In this document: piece by piece, positions 54,092 through 64,000 of the stretch
Numbering within the stretch: the stretch's first letter is position 1
How the letters are laid out: each line of letters starts with the position of its first letter
Made by a program: the position numbers and the translations under genes
From: Eledone cirrhosa
Lineage: Eukaryota
Length of the DNA stretch: 64,000 bases
Direction: 5' to 3'
Assembly: GCA_964016885.1 (NCBI GenBank)
Contig: OZ024742.1
Coordinates: 279,248,001 to 279,312,000, forward strand
The notes under the pieces: generated by a model
What the model saw: only the letters and a program-made list of their open reading frames with translations
Told to the model about the DNA's origin: nothing
Databases searched by the model: none

Positions 54092-55041
54092 TACAGCAAC
54101 CGTGACAGTGAAATCTCACTTAGGATTAGGAAAGCAAGTGATGCTTTCGGAAAGCTAGAAAGGCGACTCTGGGGTCGGCGAGACATATGCAGGAGGACAA
54201 AGATAAAGGTGTACAAGGCATGTGTGCTCTCTTGTCTTCTTTATGTCTGCGAGACCTGGGTCACATATCGACACCCCCTTAAGCAATTGGAGCGTTTCCA
54301 TCAGATGTGTCTCAGACGGATCAATGGCGTTCACTGGAGGGACCATATCAGTGATGTCGAGATTTTGGAAAGCTCTATGTGTGACAGTATAGAAGCTCTT
54401 GTGCTTAAGCAACGACTCCGTTGGAGTGGTCACCTTGCCAGGATAAAGGATTCTAGAATACCAAAACAACTCTTTTATGGAGAGTTGGTTAAAGGAAAAC
54501 AACCGCCACATAAACCAAAAAAGAGGTATAAGGATTCCTTGAAAGCCTCTTTGAAAGACGCTAACATCTCTGGTGATACATGGGAAAATATTGCTGCTGA
54601 TCGTAATAAATGGAGAAAGACTGTATATGAGGGAAAAGTTGCCTTTGAGGCATCTCGAATCGCATACGAGAAAGTAAAGCGGGATGTGAGGAAGGGCAAT
54701 AATGTTGCACTTCCCGACGGCAAGGGTCCACCTATGGTGTTGACATGCAGCGTATGTGCGAGACTCTACCTAAGCAAAGTTGGACTCGAAAGTCATTTCG
54801 AAGTCATAAAGTAAGACCAGTGGTTGACTACCAGGCTGCTGTTGGAGATGCTACTCATCATGCTTGCCAAACATGTGGTAGAGAATGTAAATCAGCAGTA
54901 GGGCTCATGCGACATGCAAAAGTGTATGAACTCCAACCACAGCCAACTATTCTCAGTGAATGTTTTGGTTGCCGACTCTGTGCAAGACATTTTAGATCAT
55001 TGGCTGGGCTGAAAAGCCACATTCGATCGCAGCGCTGTTAG
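54092..55041 (+). mobile_element. RTE-clade LINE 3' portion with C-terminal C2H2 zinc fingers
   Basis: YKACVLSCLLYVCETW...LERFHQMCLRRI...LRWSGHLARI...RIPKQLFYGEL...KRYKDSLK; then CSVC, CQTC and CRLC fingers across a frameshift near 54790. Confidence 0.88.
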
Positions 55042-55328
55042 TTGCTATTGTGTGTGTGTGTGTATAGATATGTTATGCGTACGCGTGTGTGTGTATATAT
55101 ATATATGTATATGTATATTATTATTGTTGTTATTATTATTATTATTATTGTTATTAATGTATATGTGTGTATGTATATATATATATGTGTGTATATATGT
55201 ATGTGTGTATATATATATATATATATTTATTTATTTTTATTTATTTTATTTTTTATTTATCTATTAATATTTGTTTTTCTCCTTGTGCAATGGCCATACT
55301 CGATAACATATATATATATATATATATG

Positions 55329-55396
<68 letters not shown>

Positions 55397-55408
55397 TATA
55401 TATGTATG

Positions 55409-55447
<39 letters not shown>

Positions 55448-55466
55448 GTATATATATATATATATG

Positions 55467-55506
<40 letters not shown>

Positions 55507-55906
55507 TACCAACATATGTTTGTTTATATTGCAAAAGGATGAAATATACTAATTATAATATTACAGCCTGCCTACATCGATTTAAAATAATAAATCAACA
55601 CAAACAAACAGTATTGGCAAATGGCCATGGTGTTTAGACAAATTTAAATTTCAAAATCAAACCTGTTCCGTAGATAAGTTTAAACTTTAAAATCCAAATA
55701 TGTTTCGAGATAAATAAGTGTAAGGATATCATGTCCCGCTCTCTTCAGTAAACACCCAGAACAAATTGATATGCTTCACTTCCAAATATTTTAAAAGACT
55801 GTTTAACGCACATGGTTTTACAGTTTCTATCCAGCCTCATACGCGTACTGCTAGAAATAACAGCCGTATATATGGGGCTACTATCAGCTCAACCTAAGGA
55901 GCAATT

Positions 55907-56055
55907 TTATTAAGTGTAATGAGTTCAAATCTCAGGCATTCCTTTACAATGAAAATAGCTCAATGAAAAGAATATTTCTGAGTCGTGTATTCTTTTCTTT
56001 GAGCTATTCTCATTGTAAAGGAATGCTTGAGATTTGAACTCATTACCCTTAATAA
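55907..56055. repeat. Short fold-back, arms ~55907-55974 and ~55988-56055, next to (TA)n
   Basis: Arms are near-perfect reverse complements. Confidence 0.85.
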
Positions 56056-56555
56056 ATATATATATATATATATAGAGAGAGAGATTACAGTAATCAAAGT
56101 TCAGTTTAAGTCATTTATTTGCTTACAATTGTTTCCTCCAAACCGAGGTTTGGATTCTTCGGAGCAACTGTTTATAACATACTTGACCTCCTTTTCAACC
56201 CAAGAGACACATAAAACATATGCGCATATTGATCAACAGTGGGGTGACATTCATCAAATGATATAGCATGGCAATTTACATATAAAGGTTACAGGATAAA
56301 AATAAAATAAAAACAAGAGTGAAAATAAAGATAGACATGAAGCGTTGGCATTCTATGAAGATAAAGCAAGAGGAAAGCTTAGAGTAGTCAGTGTATGAAA
56401 CAATCTCCCGTGTAGCATGCACGCGTGTCTTATTTATACATGATTAGAGTGCGTCAGAATGATATTTGCAGGGTCAGGCAGTTGAAGCTGGCAATCGATC
56501 TTATTATGTAGGCTGAATTATTAAGTCATTTATTCTCATACATCTGTATGATATA

Positions 56556-56650
<95 letters not shown>

Positions 56651-56701
56651 ATGTATGTATATATATATATATATGTGTGTATGTATATATGTATATATGT
56701 A

Positions 56702-56767
<66 letters not shown>

Positions 56768-56834
56768 TATATATATATAGATATATATATATATATAGAT
56801 ATATAGATATATATATATATGTATGTATATATAT

Positions 56835-56918
<84 letters not shown>

Positions 56919-57344
56919 GGTTGAATCGGGGGGTTACCACAGTAAGTGAAGTATTCAATACATAGCAGGATATAAATATTTAATCTTCAAGAAAACCCTG
57001 GGCTTTCTTGATGATTTACTCCGAATGGAACAGTTCTAGTCCTGTAAAACCCATTTTCATATTATATATATGTAGGTGTGTGTTTGTGTGTGTGTGTATG
57101 TGTCTGTGTGTGTGTCTGTGTGTGTGGGTGTGTGTGCATAAAGCGGCACAATATATTTTTCTTGTCGGCACGTGAAATTCTATGTGTACTTGCCATAGCT
57201 TAACTGATATAAGTTGCTGTTTTGTCTCGTCTCTTACTCCATATTTGCCGAAGGATATGTTGTCCTAAAATCGCCAAAATGCAATAGTAAATCCCACACA
57301 TTGTTTGGTTTGGCCTTCGACCTAATTTCAGTATATTTTTTCAT

Positions 57345-58960
57345 CTCTATATATATAAAATGGAAGATGTCTGTCTGTGTGTGTGTATGATTTTTATGCA
57401 TTTCCACTTTTCTCTACCGATTTTGATGATTTTTTCTCCAATGTACTCCAAATTTACCAATGATGGTCAACGCGTAATAATCTTTGCCTGAAATTGCCTG
57501 CTTCTATGAACAAATCGATAAAACTAAATACATGCTGTAACCCTCTCTCTTATACGCTTAATCCCTCTCTCTACTACCCTCAAAAATCTATAAAACTACA
57601 TACATGTTGCAACTCTCTTTAAAAGGTTCATCCCTCCCTCTTCTCCCCTCTCAGTGTCCTCTGCAACTCTCTTTAAAAGGTTAATGCCTCCCTCGTGCAG
57701 GGAAGGGAGATGGCCGGGATTGACTGTTGCAGGGATACCGCAGGGAGCGCCATGGCACTCGTGAAGGACCAAGCGTGCGGGTAAGGGAAAGGGCAGGGGA
57801 GGGCATGGAGGCCACAGAGCATGGATGCGGCATGGTGAGGCATGACTATGCAGTGGGACGATGGCATGCAGGGAAGGCAGAGGGCAGCACTTGATGGTGG
57901 CAGGGATGCGGCTTGGTTAGGCATGACAGTCTTGAAGGAGCACGGCGAGCAGGCAAAAGAAAGAGCTGAGGAGGGGATGGTGGCCAACAGGGAAGTAATG
58001 TGGCATGGTGAGGCATGACGATGCAGCTGCACGACAGCGTGCAGGGAAGGGAGAGGGCAGGCGTTGACGATGGAAGGGATGCGGCTTGGTCAAGCATGAA
58101 AGTCTTGAGCTCTCCCGGAGTGTAGGCAATGGAAATAGGCAGGGGTGGACGGTGGCAGGGATTCGGCATGTTGAGCCGTGGCAGTCCTTAGGGACCACGG
58201 AGGGCAGGCAAGGGGAAGGGCCGAGGAATGAATTGCGGCTGACAAGGCAGAGATGCGCATGGTGATGCACAACGATACAGTGGGTCGACGGCGTGCAGAG
58301 AAGGGAGAGGGAAGGGGTTGACGGATGCCTCGTTATGCGACGTTAGTGGGACCACGGGAATGAAGAGAGCGCATGGAGGCTCGATGATCGCTTGAGAAGA
58401 CTAGGCGCAATACAGGATGATGCGCGGCGGTATAGTCTTGATAGTCCTTATATAGGAAATGGAAGAATCGGCATAAAAGATTTGCTGAATATGGTGAGCG
58501 TTAATTTAAAGAGATTTACAGTGGATAATCCTGATAGGTAGAACGTTTTTTGCGTGGCGGGAGTCGCGACAAATGGAAGCAAGAAGAATGGCGTTTTTCG
58601 GTTACCGGATTGTTGCTTCTGGGGGTCCGATTATCGTTGATCCCCGCATCAAAATACATATCTACGTCAAATTTCATTGGATTCGGACAAATTTCGTAAA
58701 TATCGATTTTTGCCTCTGGTGATCCCATTATCGATTTTCCGAATAATTAATGTAACCCACGTTCATCCCCGGATAAAAATACACACTTGCCTCAAATTTC
58801 ATCGAAATCGGACGATTTTTGAATATTTCGATTTTTGGCTTCTTGTTAGCCTATTCCAATCTACGGGTCGAGTTTAATATATGTGTCAAGTTTCATGAAA
58901 ATTGGATGAACGATGTAGCCTGCAATTTCTTCACATACCAACAATTTTTTTTATCTTTAG
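57345..58960 (+). mobile_element. Helitron-like/composite repeat with an internal GC-rich degenerate ~170-bp tandem array (57690-58330)
   Basis: Starts TCTCTATATATATAAAA...TGTCTGTCTGT like 35924; GCAGGGAAGG(G/C)AGAGGGCAG...GGGATGCGGCTTGGT recurs at ~57868 and ~58041, with partial copies at ~57697 and ~58294. Confidence 0.45.
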
Positions 58961-59015
58961 ATATTATTTTTTTTTGTGTTGCGTATATGTATGTATGTGT
59001 GTATGTATGTATTTG

Positions 59016-59146
<131 letters not shown>

Positions 59147-59338
59147 TATATATATATATGTGTATGTATATGTGTGTCTATATGTATATGTGTATGTATA
59201 TATATGTGTGTGTATGTATGTTTATATCTATCTGTATGTATATGTGTATGTATATATAATCGTATATATTATATATTTCTGTTGTATTTGTGCGCGTGTG
59301 TGTATATATTTATATGTATGTATGTATGTGTGTATATA

Positions 59339-59389
<51 letters not shown>

Positions 59390-59550
59390 ATATGTGTATG
59401 TATGTATGTGTGTATATATGGATTTGGTGTGTGTGTATGGGCATGTGTATATTTGTGCGTGTATATGTATTTTTATAATGGTTTTGTGTGTATGTATATA
59501 ATGGCTTCAGAGGGGGCTTGAGCTCTGCCGTGGGGTCAGACTTTTTCCTA

Positions 59551-59613
<63 letters not shown>

Positions 59614-60172
59614 GTATTTGTATGTGTGTGTGTATTTCTGTGGTGGGGTTTTTTGTGTGTGTCTGTGTATGTATATATGTCTGTGTATATGTGTGTGTAT
59701 ATGTATAAGGGTGTATGTATATGCATCATTACATATCGTGATTTAATGATTATGTTCATTGATCTTTTGCTCCAGGAAATTGTTGAGTGTTGTAAGTCTG
59801 CTATAAGCATTTATACCCTTTTCTAAATATTTATATTTTTTTATTTATTATTTGTCATATTGCCAACTTTTTATTTTCATTTTCATTTTTATTTTTATTT
59901 TTATTTTTATTTTTATTTTTATTTTTATATATACAATATTTTTTTCATGTATACAATATTTATTTTTTATATATATATATAATAATTATTTTATATATAT
60001 ATATATAATAATTATGTTCTTTCTCATATATATATATATATTGAGTTATATAAGTATATGTGTGTGTGTGTGTGTGTGTACGTATGCATACGTATGTGTA
60101 TGTATATATGTGTGTGTATGTAAGTATGTATGTGTGTGTATGTATGTGTATATATATATATATGTATATGTA

Positions 60173-60208
<36 letters not shown>

Positions 60209-60215
<7 letters not shown>

Positions 60216-60491
60216 TAATATATGATAAACACTTACGTGTTTTTGTTGTAATTGACAATAAAATAGCTAGAATGAAATATCTTAATTCAAATACATATAG
60301 TCTGCCTGTGTCGATCTAAAAAATAATAAATCAATACTCACATTCAATACTTCATTCTAACTATTTTATTGTCAATTACAACAAAAACACGTAAGTGTTT
60401 ATCATATATTAATTTATACTGCTCAGAAATGTTTCTTAGAGCTAAAATAATTGTAAATGACCCCATTGAGTGTAAACTCTAAATTCTATAT

Positions 60492-60500
<9 letters not shown>
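60209..60500. mobile_element. Fold-back module, arms ~60209-60280 and ~60347-60418, tail to ~60500
   Basis: Arms are reverse complements; (TA)n on both sides. Confidence 0.8.
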
Positions 60501-60536
<36 letters not shown>

Positions 60537-60545
60537 TATATATAT

Positions 60546-60692
60546 GCAAACGTTCTATTTCAATTGTTGGGATACAACAAGCAAATATTTTTATAACTGA
60601 TATAAAGCACTCAAAAAGTATTTGGAGTAAACATACGATATTAACAAATGGAAACTATATTTAAATATAGTTTCCATTTGTTAATATCGTAT
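60546..60692. mobile_element. Family A remnant ending in a loopless palindrome
   Basis: Reverse complement of pLTR ~2338-2440, folded back at GGAAACTATATT|TAAATATAGTTTCC. Confidence 0.8.
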
Positions 60693-60810
60693 ATATATAT
60701 ATATATTTTAGAGTTACATAAGGTTTATATGAATTATCTAAGAATGAGTTTTACACACATATATGTGTGTTTGTATTTGTACGTACGTGTTTGTGATATG
60801 TATGTTTATG

Positions 60811-60851
<41 letters not shown>

Positions 60852-61695
60852 GTATGTCTGTGTATATATGTATATGTGAGTGTGTGTGTATGTGTATGTG
60901 TGTGTGTGTGTATATATGTATATGTGAGTGTGTGTGTATGTATATGTGTATGCGTATGTATGTGTTTATGTATTAGTATATGTATAGTTATGTGTGAGAG
61001 TGTGTGTATGTATTTATTTTTACGTATGTATGTGTACGTGCATTTGTGTGTATTGCTTACCACGTGTGTTTGTTCATTTATTTGTTGCCTGTATCGCTGT
61101 CAACATTATAATAGTCTTTATATTGATTTTTATGTTTTTTATTATTATATATTTTTTCTTATATGTATTTGTGTGTGTGTGTATGTAGAGGTATGTGTAT
61201 ATATTTCTATTTTTTGTGCATGCGTATGCATGCGTGTATATATATGTGTGTATGTATGTGTATGTATGTACGTGTGTATATACGCATGATTGTGTGTATG
61301 TATGTATGTTTATGTATATGTGTTTGTTTATGTATGTGTATGTATATATATATTTATATATATATATATATATGTGTGGTTGTATATATGTATGTGTATG
61401 TATGGATATGTTGATATTTATGTGTATGTATGTATCTGTATATATATGTGTATGTATATATATACACATATATATATATGTGTATGTGTGTGTATATGTG
61501 TGTGTGTATGTATGTGTGTATGTATATATATATATATATATATATGTGTATGTATATAATTGTGTGTGTGTGTGTGTGTGTTTGCATGTGTGTTTTTATT
61601 ATATTTTTCCTTTCCTTCTTCCTTTTCCAGCAACACTTTCATATAGATTATATTTTTGTTTTTAAAATCCAACGTCAATAAATACAACAGGATTT

Positions 61696-61754
61696 TTTCT
61701 TTCTGATGATTGAAAGCAACATTTTTTGCTTTTAGAAACCACTGGTAAATGAAA
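61696..61754 (+). ncRNA. Type I hammerhead ribozyme (family D)
   Basis: TTTCTTT-CTGATGA-tTGAAAGCAA.CATTTT.TTGCTTTTA-GAAAC-CACTG-GTA-AATGAAA; followed by a tail ending in (TA)n at ~61868. Confidence 0.72.
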
Positions 61755-61863
61755 TAATTGCCTTATGTTGTTTATTACATAACTATTAACTATTAAGCTC
61801 TGTTACCTACATAGAGCACTCTTTTTTCCTGGACTTTTCCGACGGAATTACTTCATTTATATT

Positions 61864-61966
<103 letters not shown>

Positions 61967-62115
61967 GGGTGGGAATATGGGAGTATGTGTTTGTGTATCT
62001 GCATACATATGTATATGCGTATAAATATCATAATGATTTTCTGCCCAGTGATTAAACATTTACCGTTTCGGTAAAATATGAGAAAATATATGATTGACTT
62101 AGCTTGGTTCAAATC

Positions 62116-62157
<42 letters not shown>

Positions 62158-62171
62158 TCTCTCTCTCTTTC

Positions 62172-62256
<85 letters not shown>

Positions 62257-62259
62257 AGT

Positions 62260-63360
62260 GTGATTGGCAAGTGGAAAACTGATCAGGAAAGTGTCTCTAT
62301 GATGGCTTCATGAAACATGAAACCAAAATAGTTGTCGGGGGAAGTAGCGCATTGGCTGGCAAAAGGTACCATGTTTATAATAATAAAAGACCAAACTATG
62401 AGAGATGATATTTCTAACTATAAACCTATGATATGTCTGTCATTGGTGTGGTAGTTCCTAACAAGCCCTATATCTGAAGAAATCTACCACGAATTCGGAA
62501 GAAGAGAAAGGAAGCTGAAAAACCTCAAGTGGTACAAAATACCAGTTACTTATTAAGAAGAGGATAACAACCTGGACATGGCATGGGATGGATACATTAC
62601 AAGAAGGCATTTTACATAGCTCCTTATTCTTGAATAACAAAGTGTCTCGAAATCTTCAAGGTGGCGGACAACATCACAATGCTATTAAAACCTGGGAGAC
62701 ATAGATAACATCAGGGAGAGAATACTTGGGAAAAGTGAAAATCAAGAGAGGTATCTTTCAATGTGATAGGCTGTGTCCTTTAAAGTGATCTGAATTTGGA
62801 AGGAGGTCATGGGACTGCTTAAAGAAAGGGGACCTTAAGTAAGCTACAGAGGAGGTGCTACTTGTTGCACAGAAGCAATCCCTCAGTAGAAAGGGGATGA
62901 AACATATATTGAGAAGGATGAGGCTAGCCCACTCTGAAAGGTCTGTGGAGAGACAGAGGAAAATGTGGCTCACATCGTATCCGAGTGTAAATACCTAGCT
63001 CAGATTCATTATGATATCATAGGAAAATCGAACCACTGACATTCAGGCAAACTGAATTATTTACACATTCTGAGAGGTGGGATGAGCCAGAGTTCGTGAT
63101 AGAAAACGATCGGGTGAAACTGCTGTAGGATTTCAGGATACACACAAACAAAGAATTAGAACTCAATTGGCCCTGACCAGGTTGTTATGAACATGGTCTT
63201 GCTTGATTATAGATGTATCTTACCCCTTTGATGCAATAGTGCAAGGAGAAGCAAATTAACCGGTACCAGGATCAAAAGTGTGATCTGGAAAGGATTTGGG
63301 ATAGTCATGATATCAAAGTCGTCACTACCGTCATAGGAGCACTAGATAATATCTACAAAC
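62260..63360 (+). mobile_element. Degraded R4/Dong-like non-LTR remnant (RT and RLE pieces)
   Basis: KVKIKRGIFQCDRLCP; ETEENVAHIVSECKYLAQ; VIENDRVKLL*DFRIHTNK. Confidence 0.68.
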
Positions 63361-63510
63361 CTTTCTTTTCCATGGCTGGTTAACAAATATTACTCCGGCT
63401 TGCTCTTTATTAGGGCACATTCTCCGGTAAATGATATCAATGAGATACTAAATTCATAGTAATAAGCAAGACACTGGGCACATATCAGAAACAATAGTGA
63501 AGGAAAAGGG

Positions 63511-63569
<59 letters not shown>

Positions 63570-64000
63570 GTAGATGTCTAATGATGAAATCTCATACCGG
63601 ATCGGCCGTCACCCGGGTAAAAAAAGGGCCGCGTCCTTCAGAGAGGAACCAGACTGGGGTCGAAAAATCAGCTAATGGTTCAAACCTTCCCATCACTTCG
63701 GAGCTGGAGACCTCCCATAACCGGAATACTCCTACTGTTGGCCCTCCATGCTCACCACCAAGAAATCCAAAGAAAAAGAGAGAAAAATGGTCAAGGGAAG
63801 ATAATAAAGAAGTCCTTGAGGCTTTCTACACTGCCATGTACTACCCATCAAATACATCGAATACAGAGCAAACATATATCAACTGGAAAAAGAAACATCC
63901 CGAAAACAGAGGCTATATTGACAGTAACAAACTAGCCAATATACGAAGAAATATTGTAAGAAAAAAGTTACTAACTGATATAGAAATTGATCAGATCAAA
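63570..64000 (+). mobile_element. 5' end of an R4/Dong-type non-LTR element inserted in (TAA)n; ORF runs off the window
   Basis: Directly follows (TAA)n at 63511-63569; open frame KREKWSREDNKEVLEAFY...TYINW...NKLANIRRNIVRKKLLTDIEIDQIK resembles R4/Dong N-termini. Confidence 0.7.

Noticed and set aside
63595-63682. HDV-like ribozyme at the 5' end of the Dong-like element (GAACCA/TGGTTC with GCTAA)
   Set aside because: Spacing fits a simple hairpin; I could not build P1 and P3.

Overview
AT-rich, microsatellite-saturated eukaryotic DNA. The SINE types and simple-repeat density suggest a cephalopod such as Octopus (inference). I see no convincing host protein-coding gene; almost all listed ORFs are translated microsatellites. 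The window is a retroelement graveyard: a near full-length Naiad-type Penelope-like element (PLE; RT plus GIY-YIG) with ~1.2 kb direct terminal repeats (1229-6268), further PLE fragments, RTE, R4/Dong, CRE, Tx1-like and Gypsy-like remnants, tRNA-derived SINEs and Helitron-like elements. The most striking pattern is a recurring set of short non-coding modules inside (TA)n microsatellites. Many are fold-back (inverted) structures with both 3' ends pointing outward into the (TA)n, and many carry minimal type I hammerhead ribozyme (HHR) motifs, including core variants. One module family shares its HHR with the terminal repeat of the large PLE. Another is a circularly permuted ~291-bp unit carrying a tRNA-like Pol III cassette. 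All RNA structures were paired by eye and no searches were run.
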